Shown in pieces: positions 16,521-26,155 of a DNA stretch of 41,388 nucleotides; the stretch's first letter is position 1; every line of letters begins with the position of its first letter. The stretch comes from a virus (Duplodnaviria > Caudoviricetes). The position numbers and the translations under genes were made by a program. The DNA lies in IMG/VR virus record IMGVR_UViG_3300048574_000429, positions 1 to 41,388 of that record; one strand, given 5' to 3'. The notes beneath the pieces are model-generated. The model saw nothing but the letters and a program-made list of their open reading frames with translations, searched no databases and was not told the origin of the DNA.

Positions 16521-16691
16521 ATTAGCCAGGTAATTTAAGTAAAGTATTATAGCATTTGATATTGTCTGAGAAAGTACGCTGACTATTACATCAAACATAA
16601 ATTCTTTATAAGACATAATGTATTGACTTTAATAATTATTTGGCACTATTGCCGAGACAAAAATAGCAATAATTATTTAATAAATAGATAT

Positions 16692-16895
16692 ATGCAACAG
16701 AAGCTAAATAAAGACAATCGTCATCATCATTTCTGGATTGAGGACGGAGAGTTATTTGAGACATATCAGACTATTCGTGGACTTCGGTTTCGGTTTATTA
16801 TGCCAGTTCCGGGGATGTCAGACACAGTGAACTGTACAGATGCCGAGATAAAAACCATTGAAGATAAATATCTGACAACGTTAGAAAATACATAA
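16692..16895 (+). CDS. Hypothetical protein (moron-like)
   Basis: 67 aa, AT-rich upstream region, own terminator. Confidence 0.6.
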   Translation: MQQKLNKDNRHHHFWIEDGELFETYQTIRGLRFRFIMPVPGMSDTVNCTDAEIKTIEDKYLTTLENT

Positions 16896-16921
16896 AAAAT
16901 TAAGGCCATATTCAATTTTAT

Positions 16922-16951
16922 AAGCCACGTCATATAGATGTGGCTTTTTTT
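16922..16951 (+). terminator. Intrinsic terminator
   Basis: AAGCCAC..GTGGCTT followed by a T-run. Confidence 0.75.
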
Positions 16952-17027
16952 ATACCGAAACTCTCCCCAAACTCTCCCCAAACTCTCCCCAAACTTTCCC
17001 CAAACTTTCCCCAAACTATACCGAAAC
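16951..17027 (+). repeat. Seven tandem 11-bp repeats upstream of the head operon
   Basis: TATACCGAAAC, 3x TCTCCCCAAAC, 2x TTTCCCCAAAC, TATACCGAAAC. Confidence 0.9.
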
Positions 17028-17053
17028 GTATTTTCCGACATTTTTACTCGCCT

Positions 17054-17061
17054 TAATTTTG
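17054..17061 (+). promoter_or_regulatory. -7 element of the putative late promoter
   Basis: TAATTTTG, 17 nt before the gpW-like start; no -33 TTTG. Confidence 0.55.
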
Positions 17062-17078
17062 TTGCATACAAAAACAAC

Positions 17079-17291
17079 ATGGCTTTCACTATAGATCAAT
17101 ATACAAAATTATGCGAGGCAATTGCTCTTGGAGCTACTTCAGTGAAGTATGCAGACAAAGAGGTACAATATCGTAGTCTTGCAGAAATGCGATCTCTGAA
17201 ATCCGAAATGGAAGCTGAATTGTTTCCAGTAGAAGCACAAAAGAAAACAATCAATCGTCGAAGATATGTCGAATATGATAGGGGGATCTAA
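17079..17291 (+). CDS. gpW-like head completion protein
   Basis: L.EAIA.GA.SV.Y....V.YRSL.EM motif; directly before the portal. Confidence 0.85.
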   Translation: MAFTIDQYTKLCEAIALGATSVKYADKEVQYRSLAEMRSLKSEMEAELFPVEAQKKTINRRRYVEYDRGI

Positions 17292-18720
17292 AAAGCACAT
17301 CAATTGGATTGATCGTGGGATTGCTTTCGTATCTCCTAAGACCGGATTGAGACGTTTGGCTTTTAGACGATCATACGATGCAGCTTCCAATGGGAGGCGC
17401 ATGAAATCATTGAAAAATGCTCACAGTAACGGGCCAAATAATGAAATAGGGCCTGCACTTACAAAGCTACGTGATAGAAGTCGACATTTTGTGAGAAATA
17501 ACGGCTGGGCAAAACGGGCACAAGGAGCTATTGCTTCAGCAGTAATCGGCGAGGGCATTCGTCCTACTCCAGTAGGGACAAAAAACCAGATTAAGGCTAT
17601 CAAGAAAATTTGGAAATTGTGGGCAGAAACGACCGCATGTGATTGGGATGGCAAAAATACATTTTATGGATTGCAGGAATTGATAATGCGCGAGATTGTG
17701 GAAGCTGGCGATTGTCTTATTATTCGTCGTCGTATTATTCCTACACAAGATAATCCTATTCCTATTCAATTGCAAATATTGGAATCCGATCAGCTCGATC
17801 ATACACGTAATGGAGCTAATGATAATGGTTATTGTCGTTTGGGTGTGCAATATAATGCCGACGGAAAAATAACAGGGTATTGGGTTTGGAGCCAGCACCC
17901 AAACGATATGGCCGTTAGCTTAAAGATGAATTCGGAGCTGATAGGCATTGACGACATTATACATCCTTTTGAAGTTCTTCGAGCCGGTCAGTCTCGTGGT
18001 GTTCCTATGGGTGTTTCTGCATTTTTGAAACTCTCTGATTTTTCAGATTATGAAGATGCTCAGTTAGTCCGTCAGAAAATAGCCGCCGCATTTTCAGCCT
18101 TTGTTAAAAATGGTGCCGGAGAAGATGGTAATAAACCGGATCAGCTTGAACATATTGAGGCTGGGATAATTCAATATCTGGCTCCGGATGAAGAAATAAC
18201 GTTTTCTGATCCACCGGCAGCTGAAGGATATGGAGAGTATAGTAAAAAAATACTACAAGGTATTGCGGCTGCTTATGAGATCACATACGAGATGCTGACA
18301 ATGGACTACAGTAATGTGAACTTCACTAGTGGCAGAATGGCTAAAATTGACGTTAGTGGACGTTTCAGGAAGTTGCAGTATAACATGATGGTTCCGCAGG
18401 TATGCGTGAAAGTGTGGGATTGGTTTATGAGAGCGGTTATTATGGCCGGAATACAAAGCACATATATTTCTTGCAATGCCATGGATTGGACGGCACCACG
18501 AGTACAGCAACTTGATCCGGTCAAAGAAACAAATGCCAGGATAGCACAAGTAAATGCGGGATTTACAACTATCAGCGAAATACTTCGTGAAGATGGCTAT
18601 GATCCTGATGATGTGTTTGAAGAGATAAAAAGAGAACGTGCAAAGTTAACTGAATTGGGAATAACATTTGGAGAGGTGCAGTTTGCACCATCCGAAACTA
18701 AAATAACAGAAAATGTCTGA
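17266..18720 (+). CDS. Portal protein, lambda family
   Basis: YDAAS..RR, LRDRSR..VRNN, RAGQSRGVP, DYSNVNFTSGR and LDPVKE motifs. Confidence 0.95.
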   Translation: MSNMIGGSKKHINWIDRGIAFVSPKTGLRRLAFRRSYDAASNGRRMKSLKNAHSNGPNNEIGPALTKLRDRSRHFVRNNGWAKRAQGAIASAVIGEGIRPTPVGTKNQIKAIKKIWKLWAETTACDWDGKNTFYGLQELIMREIVEAGDCLIIRRRIIPTQDNPIPIQLQILESDQLDHTRNGANDNGYCRLGVQYNADGKITGYWVWSQHPNDMAVSLKMNSELIGIDDIIHPFEVLRAGQSRGVPMGVSAFLKLSDFSDYEDAQLVRQKIAAAFSAFVKNGAGEDGNKPDQLEHIEAGIIQYLAPDEEITFSDPPAAEGYGEYSKKILQGIAAAYEITYEMLTMDYSNVNFTSGRMAKIDVSGRFRKLQYNMMVPQVCVKVWDWFMRAVIMAGIQSTYISCNAMDWTAPRVQQLDPVKETNARIAQVNAGFTTISEILREDGYDPDDVFEEIKRERAKLTELGITFGEVQFAPSETKITENV

Positions 18721-20761
18721 CAAAAAGAACATAAAGATTGGAACGCAATATGGTCGTGCGGCTGTAGTGTCTAATTCATTCAATGAAGAGACTGGCACTT
18801 TCGACATCACATTTGCTACTGAAACTCCAGTATTTCGCACTGGGTATGACGAAAACTACTATGAGGTGTTGAGTTGTAAACCGGAAAATGTTCGGCAAGA
18901 CAGAATGAATGTAGGTTTGAACCTGCTAAATGCACATCCGGATTGGTCAGGTCGTGTAAAGCCTGAAGATGTAATGGGCAAAATAAGTAATTGCAGATTT
19001 GTCAAAAACGCATTAGTTGGCACTGTTACATTAGGTGCTCAATGTACAGAAGCAACCAGAGCAGATATTAAAAACGGCATTCTTAACACTTTTTCCGTTG
19101 GATACATGATTTATACTGGAACCAGGGAAGAGGATTTAGAAACAAATACAGTAATCTATAGGATGATTGATTGGGAGCCTAATCACGTAGCAATAGCTCC
19201 AATCCCAGCCGATGTTAACAGCCAAAGCAGAGATAAAGAGCAAACACATAGTTTCACACTTGAAAATTATTCACGTAAAAACAAAACAAAAATGACAGTA
19301 GAAGAAATCAGAGCCAAAGCGTCGGACGATGAAAAAGTACGTTTGGACGCAATTCTTGGGATTTGTCGTGCAGCTAAATTGGACGATGCCAGAGCTGTTG
19401 AGTTCTACAACTCCGAGAGCACGGTAGATCAAATTCGTTCGGCAAATCCTCCGGTACAAGAGCCAGCCCCTACGCAGACTGTGGAGCAAATCAGAAGTGC
19501 TGCATCTACAGATGAGAAAAACCGTTTCGATGCAATATTGAAAAGCACCAGATCGGCGAAATTGTCAGACACACGTGCTATTGAATTGTATCAATCGGGT
19601 AAACCTATTGAAGAAGTACGCCAATTGATTATTGAAGAATTTACCAAAGGCGATCCGAAAACCCGCACCGCTCAAATTGGAACAGAAGCTATTGAAAAGA
19701 AGGGTGAGGCTATTGAATCAGCACTTATGCTTCGTTGCGCTCCTGGGAGTTTCAAAGACGATAAAGGTATTGCCTCTGAATATCGAGGTATGACCCTTAT
19801 GGAACTTGGGAAAGAGATACTGGCAGAGCGTGGTGTCAATGTTCGTGGAAAATCGAAAGATGAAGTGGCCCGGATGATTATTCGTGGTGATCGTACTATG
19901 TCGACAGGTGATTTTCCTTATTTGCTTGAAAATGTAGCAAACAAAATGCTGCGTAATGAGTACGGATATGCACCAGAATACTGGAGTCAGATAGCTCGTC
20001 AGACAACGGTTACTGACTTCAAAGCAAAAACATTGTATAAAGTAGGTAGCTCAAACAATTTCAAGGAATTGCCGGAAGGATCCGAAATCAAATACGGCAA
20101 GTTGGAAGAGGCAAAACAGACTATCCGTGTGGCATCTTTTGGACAGGGATTACTGTTTACTCGTCAGATGCTTATCAATGATGACTTGAGTGCATTTGAA
20201 CGAATTCCGCAAAAATTTGTTCTTGATTGGGATATTCAGCGTGGAGACCTTGTTTGGGGAATGGTTACCGGCAACGTGAAGATGGATGACGGTAAGGCTT
20301 TCTTCAGTACTGAACATAAAAATATTGCAGAAACCGCCGATATTTTGAGTGACACAACTCTTACGTCCGCTTTGATTGCTTTCAAAAATCAGGTAGATAT
20401 TGACGGTAACCGTAAAATTCGTGTTCAGCCAAAGATGTTGATTGTTTCACCGGATTATGAAATAGCTGCTCGCAAATTGCTGACCGTGATCGCTCCAACC
20501 AATACAGGCGAGGTTAATGTTTGGGCTTCAATGGGTCTCACTCTTATTGTTGAACCTCGTTTGAGCGGTAAAGTTTGGTATATGTCTGCTGATCCGAATG
20601 CAATTGACAGTTTGTACTATGCAAATCTGGATGGTCAGGATGGTTTGCGCTCTAATCGTGAAGAGGATTTCGATACAGACTCTGTAAAATTTGCCGTTCG
20701 TGGTGAATTTGGCGTTGCAGCTATCGATTATCGCGGATGGTATAAAAATGCCGGAGAATAA
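18713..20761 (+). CDS. Prohead protease-scaffold-major capsid fusion
   Basis: Protease (LLNAH, FSVGY, WEP...IAPIPAD) plus capsid (STGDFPYLLENVANK, TRQMLINDDL, AIDYRG). Confidence 0.9.
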   Translation: MSDKKNIKIGTQYGRAAVVSNSFNEETGTFDITFATETPVFRTGYDENYYEVLSCKPENVRQDRMNVGLNLLNAHPDWSGRVKPEDVMGKISNCRFVKNALVGTVTLGAQCTEATRADIKNGILNTFSVGYMIYTGTREEDLETNTVIYRMIDWEPNHVAIAPIPADVNSQSRDKEQTHSFTLENYSRKNKTKMTVEEIRAKASDDEKVRLDAILGICRAAKLDDARAVEFYNSESTVDQIRSANPPVQEPAPTQTVEQIRSAASTDEKNRFDAILKSTRSAKLSDTRAIELYQSGKPIEEVRQLIIEEFTKGDPKTRTAQIGTEAIEKKGEAIESALMLRCAPGSFKDDKGIASEYRGMTLMELGKEILAERGVNVRGKSKDEVARMIIRGDRTMSTGDFPYLLENVANKMLRNEYGYAPEYWSQIARQTTVTDFKAKTLYKVGSSNNFKELPEGSEIKYGKLEEAKQTIRVASFGQGLLFTRQMLINDDLSAFERIPQKFVLDWDIQRGDLVWGMVTGNVKMDDGKAFFSTEHKNIAETADILSDTTLTSALIAFKNQVDIDGNRKIRVQPKMLIVSPDYEIAARKLLTVIAPTNTGEVNVWASMGLTLIVEPRLSGKVWYMSADPNAIDSLYYANLDGQDGLRSNREEDFDTDSVKFAVRGEFGVAAIDYRGWYKNAGE

Positions 20762-20815
20762 ACTTAATTACTAACAAGTGGGAGGGGAACCTCCCACACA
20801 TAAAACATACAGACG

Positions 20816-21268
20816 ATGAAAAATTATATATGCGATGGTGAACGCATTCAAGTAACATTAACTGGTGCGGTTTCTCCTGGTGATGTTGTCATTGTTGGAA
20901 TGAAAACTGCTATTGCTATAACTGGTGGCAAAACCGGCGATGTAATTGTAGCTCAAACTGAAGGTGTTTTTGAATTGCCAAAAGTTGCTGGAGCTACATT
21001 ATATCAGGGGGCAAGGTTATATTGGGATTCCAATAATGGTGTAGCTACTTCAGTAGCATCTACAAACATGCTGCTTGGATATGCTTATGTCAGTGCGGCG
21101 AGTAATGATGCTACAGTTCAGTGCTGTATCGTAGATAATCCCAATACCACCCCGCTAGTTGCAAATCAAGTTCCAAGTTCAGCCAGTGACGTAGCAGGAT
21201 TAAAAGCTGATTTCAATGCTTTGTTGGACAAGCTAAAAACAGCTGGTATAATGGCTCAAGCCGACTAA
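20816..21268 (+). CDS. DUF2190-like capsid cement protein with head-fibre-like C-terminus
   Basis: MKNYI.DG..., EGVFELPK, G..LYWD; tail DVAGLKADFNALLDKLKTAGIM. Confidence 0.8.
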   Translation: MKNYICDGERIQVTLTGAVSPGDVVIVGMKTAIAITGGKTGDVIVAQTEGVFELPKVAGATLYQGARLYWDSNNGVATSVASTNMLLGYAYVSAASNDATVQCCIVDNPNTTPLVANQVPSSASDVAGLKADFNALLDKLKTAGIMAQAD

Positions 21269-21269
21269 C

Positions 21270-21623
21270 ATGGCTTTGTTCGATGACATCCAACGTGCGG
21301 CTTTCGGTGCAACGGCTACCGTTTTCGCCGATGTCGCTACTTGGACATCGACGGACACAAAGGCAACTGTTACTGCAAATGTTTTCTTTAAGAACCCAAA
21401 CGATCCAATAAAGATTGGAGAGCAGGATAAGATAGAATATCGTCCGTATGATTTTTCTATTGAATTTTACGAAACTGACTTTGTAGGTTTGAAAGCATTG
21501 ACAGATAAATGTGCGCTTCAAAAGGTTAGTGTGAAAGGCTATATCCTTTTAATTCGTGAAGTTAGACAGTGTTTTGATGGGAAGACATATATCGCATACG
21601 GTGAGGAGGTGATTGATGAGTGA
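21270..21623 (+). CDS. Head-tail joining protein
   Basis: Position, size, beta-rich pattern ending DGKT. Confidence 0.65.
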   Translation: MALFDDIQRAAFGATATVFADVATWTSTDTKATVTANVFFKNPNDPIKIGEQDKIEYRPYDFSIEFYETDFVGLKALTDKCALQKVSVKGYILLIREVRQCFDGKTYIAYGEEVIDE

Positions 21624-22113
21624 TTTGGTGAATTTTCATGGTAATTATGAGGAGTTTGAAGACTGTATAGTCAATATTCTGAACCGTCCAGATGAAGATG
21701 GTAATTCTCAAAACAGCCTTTATAAATCAGTTCCGATGCCTGATAATGAGGCTGAACTCGCAAAGGCATATACGAGCCCCCGCGTGTTTGTCTCTTCTGG
21801 TCAAAGTGACTATGAAGAAACTGAACAATCTGATTTTGTAATACAGCGAGAGACGATGATGTTTGAACTGGAAATTCGATCAGCATCACGTCGCGGAGAT
21901 CATGGTATTTATAAGATCATTTCAGACATTCAAAAACAACTTATAGGCTATCGATTCATGGGATGTGAACGCATTCAAGCATCAAAGCATGGATGGGTTA
22001 ATGGCGGCCCCAATAATTGGTACTACTATATGTCTTTTTCGGTTCGTTTCAAACGAGTAGAAAACCAAACACAAGAAACTGGCCCAACTTCAACTAAAAT
22101 AACATTCAACTAA
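21616..22113 (+). CDS. Tail completion/terminator-like protein
   Basis: Position before the sheath; GIY.II..I...L.G motif. Confidence 0.6.
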   Translation: MSDLVNFHGNYEEFEDCIVNILNRPDEDGNSQNSLYKSVPMPDNEAELAKAYTSPRVFVSSGQSDYEETEQSDFVIQRETMMFELEIRSASRRGDHGIYKIISDIQKQLIGYRFMGCERIQASKHGWVNGGPNNWYYYMSFSVRFKRVENQTQETGPTSTKITFN

Positions 22114-22114
22114 A

Positions 22115-22285
22115 ATGGCGAATTATAAAACAAACCACACTATTCTGGCTTTTTCGATTGAAGGATCGGATTATATCAGTAAACAAGGAGACGTAATTGA
22201 TTTGCCTGAAGAGCATCCGTATATACAGGCTCTTGAGGGAAAAGGCCATATAACAAAACAACTAAAATCAAATAAAAATGAGTGA
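22115..22285 (+). CDS. 56-aa small tail-region protein (not in ORF track)
   Basis: MANYKTNH...GDVIDLPEEHPYIQALEGKGHI; fills the gap before the sheath. Confidence 0.7.
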   Translation: MANYKTNHTILAFSIEGSDYISKQGDVIDLPEEHPYIQALEGKGHITKQLKSNKNE

Positions 22286-23459
22286 TTTTCTTCATGGGGT
22301 GGAAACAATCACCTCTCAGACAGTATCACTGGTTAACACCGTTAAAACAGCAGTTATCGGCTTGATTGGTACCTCTGAAACCGGAGATGTTAATAAGCTG
22401 AAGCTTTGCGTATCTGAAATTGATGATGCACAATTCGGTAAAACCGGAACGATCCCGGAAGCACTTGGTATTATCCGGGCAATCACAAAAAAAACGGGAG
22501 CAACGGTATTTGTTGTGTCCGTTGGTATTCCAACAGCAACTCTGACCGCTGATAATTTTGTAGGCACTTATGATTCGGCAACAGATACACGTACCGGCTT
22601 GAAAGTGTTTGATACATGTTTTTCCACTTTTGGGTTTAAGCCGAAAATTTTGATTGCACCAGGATTTTCAAGCATTGCCGGTGTTGCAACGGCTTTGGTT
22701 GCAAGTGCTGAAAGTTACAGAGGATGTGCTTATTTGGATGCTCCAACCGGTATTACAGTTTCTGGTGCATTAGCATTAAGAAACTCAGATGGCATTTGGG
22801 CTAACACGTCTCGCCGAGCTAAGTTGCTTTATCCTGAACTTTATTATACCGGAGATTCAGCTTTGCATCCGTATTCTATTTATGCGGCTGCCAATAGAGC
22901 CTTGATAGATGCAACTGCATGGACAGCTGGGGGCGGATTCTGGGTATCAGCAAGTAACTGGCCAATTTCGGTTGTGACCGGCCTTGAAACTAAACTAACG
23001 GCATCCATTAATGATGGTAGCGCACAGACTAATATTTTGAATGCTGCCGGAATTACTACTTGTTTCAATAATAATGGACAAGACTATCGAGAATGGGGAA
23101 ATTACAATGCTAGTTTTCCATCCAAAACAGATGCGTTAGCATTTGAATGTTGTCAACGATCAAAAGACATTGTTGATGAAAGTGTGGAACTTGCAATGAT
23201 GGATTATCTCGATAAACCTATTGTGTCTGCCTTTATTGACAATGTTAAGCAAACAGTCAATCAATACTTCAATAGTCTGATTGCCCGTGGTGCCTGTTTG
23301 GAAGGGTCAAAATGCACTTATGACAAAGCAAAAAACAGCACCGAAGAACTTGCAAAAGGTCATATTGTGTTTACCAACACATACTTTTTCCCAACACCAG
23401 GACAACGCATTACGTTTGATACGGTGGTGGATAGCTCATTACTTTCTAATCTTCAATAA
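22278..23459 (+). CDS. Contractile tail sheath (P2 FI-like)
   Basis: FLHGVET, TAVIGLIGT, TGLK, PKILIAPGFS and WGN motifs. Confidence 0.95.
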   Translation: MSDFLHGVETITSQTVSLVNTVKTAVIGLIGTSETGDVNKLKLCVSEIDDAQFGKTGTIPEALGIIRAITKKTGATVFVVSVGIPTATLTADNFVGTYDSATDTRTGLKVFDTCFSTFGFKPKILIAPGFSSIAGVATALVASAESYRGCAYLDAPTGITVSGALALRNSDGIWANTSRRAKLLYPELYYTGDSALHPYSIYAAANRALIDATAWTAGGGFWVSASNWPISVVTGLETKLTASINDGSAQTNILNAAGITTCFNNNGQDYREWGNYNASFPSKTDALAFECCQRSKDIVDESVELAMMDYLDKPIVSAFIDNVKQTVNQYFNSLIARGACLEGSKCTYDKAKNSTEELAKGHIVFTNTYFFPTPGQRITFDTVVDSSLLSNLQ

Positions 23460-23461
23460 AA

Positions 23462-23983
23462 ATGGGATCATTAATAATATCGAAAGTACAAGATGCCAAT
23501 GTGTATATCAATGGAACATCCACACATGGGCAAGCCAGTGAAGTAACGCTGCCTGAAATTCAGTATGCAAAGGGCGAGTATAAAGCTCTCGGCTTGATCG
23601 GTACACCGGCCTTTTTTAATGGTGTCGAAAAATTGGAGGCCACAATAAAGTGGAACTATCCAGAAAATGAAGTCCAGATAGCATGTGCAAATCCTCGAAA
23701 GTCTGTCGATTTGATGGTACGCTCGAATAAACAGATTTACAAGGATGGAACCATTAGCGATGAGCAACCGGTTGTTGTTTATCTGCGTGGAACAAGCAAT
23801 AATCACGGTACTGGAGCTTACAAAGCTAAAGAAGATACAGACCTTCAAACTAAACTTGATATTACATATATCAAAGAAGAGGTTAACGGTCAAGAGATAA
23901 TTGAAATTGATGTGCTAAACAATATTTTCCGTATTGCAGGCGAAGATCAACTAGCCAAATATCGGGATAATCTGGGAATTTAA
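23462..23983 (+). CDS. Tail tube (P2 FII-like)
   Basis: ANVYING...G.A.EVTLP, G.EKLEA, EIDVLNNI..I.G.D.L..YR..LG. Confidence 0.9.
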   Translation: MGSLIISKVQDANVYINGTSTHGQASEVTLPEIQYAKGEYKALGLIGTPAFFNGVEKLEATIKWNYPENEVQIACANPRKSVDLMVRSNKQIYKDGTISDEQPVVVYLRGTSNNHGTGAYKAKEDTDLQTKLDITYIKEEVNGQEIIEIDVLNNIFRIAGEDQLAKYRDNLGI

Positions 23984-23984
23984 T

Positions 23985-24254
23985 ATGGAAACCGAAAATA
24001 CATTACCCAATGCCGTACAGTTGTCTGATGGACGACTTGCTAAGAAAAAAGTAGGTGTAAAAGTTCGTGAATTAGTAGCTGCAAGTAATCAGCCAAAAGG
24101 GAAAGAATACTTAATTCCTTACGCCACTATTGCGGCTAAAATAACCATTAATGACGCTCCAGTTGTTTTGGAAGATATTCTCGATATGGTAGAAGATGAC
24201 TTGGAGGTGATTACATCCATGTTTGTTAGTGAAGATGATCTAAAAAACGTCTAA
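23985..24254 (+). CDS. Tail assembly chaperone; -1 frameshift extension to 24430
   Basis: Between tube and tape measure; slippery A AAA AAC at 24242-24248. Confidence 0.8.
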   Translation: METENTLPNAVQLSDGRLAKKKVGVKVRELVAASNQPKGKEYLIPYATIAAKITINDAPVVLEDILDMVEDDLEVITSMFVSEDDLKNV

Positions 24255-24481
24255 TCCCGGTCGATGATATAGTGTGGTTGGCACACTTTACCGGATCGGG
24301 GTTAAATGAAATTTTTGACCTTGATATTGATTTGTTTGAATCAAGTCTTCAGGCTGCATTAAAAATTCACAAAGAAGAGCAGAATAATATAAAACGAGTT
24401 GTAATAGTAGGTTATGAAAAGGGAGATTAATCTTAAATTAAGATTTACATGCTCCCTTTTCATTTTGAAACTTGAAAAGGT

Positions 24482-26155
24482 ATGGGTGATGCAATGAAAT
24501 TGGGGCTTGTTCTGTCGGCTGTAGATAAGATGTCTATGGTTGTTGATAAAGCTGTGAAGAAATCATCAGCCAGATTAAAAAACTTTGAAGAATCTGCGGC
24601 TAAAATAAACGGTACGTTTTCTGCTATCGGTGGTGCTGGTATAGTAGCTGGTATTAATAGTGCGATGGGAGAAGCCGGGAGGCAGATAAAAGCAAATAAG
24701 CGGCTGGAGCATGTATTTAAGTCCATGTGGGGAGATTCCGGAGTGGTCAAAGAAGCTGCTAAGCAGCAGGAAAAATTTGCCGATAAACTTTCACTGGCAA
24801 CAGGAATAGATGCAGAAATAATAAAAACTACACAGGCAAAACTAGCAACATTTCAGCATGTTTCAAATAAAACAGCCGTGATGTCAGGTGTGTTTACACG
24901 TGCCACAAAAGCTGCTCAGGATATGGCTGCTATTGGTTTTGGAGAAGCTGAACAAAATGCAGTACTACTTGGAAAGGCTTTAGAAGACCCTATGCACATG
25001 GCTACAGCGTTGAAAAAGATGGGGACTTTAACTGCAAATGAAGTTGTCGGTGTGAAGCAAATAGCCGCCACAAAGGGATTGGCAGCCGCACAGCAATATT
25101 TGTTGAAAGCGGTAGAACGTCAGGTGGGAGGAGCTTCAGAAGCTACAGCTTCAGCAACAGATTTAATGAATCAACAATGGAAGAGAGTGAATGAGGCTCT
25201 TGGTAAATCGTTTCTTCCTGCTATGAAAAACGGTAAAATAGCCTCTGGACAATTTGCACAACAGCTGGTTGATTTTATTGGTACCCATCAAGCTTTAATA
25301 AAATACATAACTATTGGAGGACTGGTTTTTATTGCTTTTGGTCTTGCAATCAAAGGTATTATGACTATTGTCAATGTAGCAAAAGCATCTCTAGCTTTAT
25401 TTAGGCTTGTAGCATCTCTTACGACAGGAACGATTGATACATTAAGATTGAAATTCTGGTATGCGAAAGATGCAGTACGTGCTTGGAATATAAGCTCAAA
25501 GTTAGCTGCTGCTGGTCAATGGTTACTTAATACTTCCATTCTGGGATGCCCCATAATATGGATTATAGCTGGGATTGCAGGACTATCTATTGCAATTACA
25601 CTTGCATGGAAAAAATTTGCATGGTTCCGGGCCGGAGTAAAAGCATCCTGGGAAGTTATCAAAGGGTTCGGTAAAATAGTGAAAGATTTTGTAATCGATC
25701 GTATTAAGGGGGTAATATCTGGATTGGGGTCAATGGGAAAAGCAATTGCTTTACTTTTCAAAGGTAAGTTTGCGGCTGCTGGACAAACTGCATTGCAAGG
25801 GGTAAAGGATTTATCGGGAATTACAGCCGTACAAACAGCCGTAAAACATACCGTAGCTCTTGGTCGATCAGTGCCTGGTGTTTACAGTCATATTTATGCA
25901 CAAGAAAATAAAGTGGAAAAACCACAATCAAAGGCAATTTCCGCTTTACGTTCTCCAATAGTACCGGCAGGAAATATTCAGCGTACAACTGCTTCCAATA
26001 CACCGTCATTGCACTATGCTCCAACAATACACGTTAATGGCGGTTCTCCTACGGTTAAGCAAGATCTTATGAAAATATTGAATACTCATAAGGATGAAAT
26101 AGCGCGATTCTTAAAACAGTTGGGTATAAATCAAAATCGTTTATCATTTAGTTGA
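24482..26155 (+). CDS. Tape measure protein
   Basis: Ala/Gly-rich helical protein, LGKALEDP motif, hydrophobic segments, WKKFAWFR. Confidence 0.9.
   Translation: MGDAMKLGLVLSAVDKMSMVVDKAVKKSSARLKNFEESAAKINGTFSAIGGAGIVAGINSAMGEAGRQIKANKRLEHVFKSMWGDSGVVKEAAKQQEKFADKLSLATGIDAEIIKTTQAKLATFQHVSNKTAVMSGVFTRATKAAQDMAAIGFGEAEQNAVLLGKALEDPMHMATALKKMGTLTANEVVGVKQIAATKGLAAAQQYLLKAVERQVGGASEATASATDLMNQQWKRVNEALGKSFLPAMKNGKIASGQFAQQLVDFIGTHQALIKYITIGGLVFIAFGLAIKGIMTIVNVAKASLALFRLVASLTTGTIDTLRLKFWYAKDAVRAWNISSKLAAAGQWLLNTSILGCPIIWIIAGIAGLSIAITLAWKKFAWFRAGVKASWEVIKGFGKIVKDFVIDRIKGVISGLGSMGKAIALLFKGKFAAAGQTALQGVKDLSGITAVQTAVKHTVALGRSVPGVYSHIYAQENKVEKPQSKAISALRSPIVPAGNIQRTTASNTPSLHYAPTIHVNGGSPTVKQDLMKILNTHKDEIARFLKQLGINQNRLSFS

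Noticed and set aside
16951-17027. CRISPR array
   Set aside because: Units are 11 bp, directly tandem, with no spacers and no cas genes
16938-17078. N-terminal extension of the gpW-like ORF and the opposite-strand ORF 16766-17089
   Set aside because: Both are translations of the 11-bp repeat and promoter; the likely start is ATG 17079
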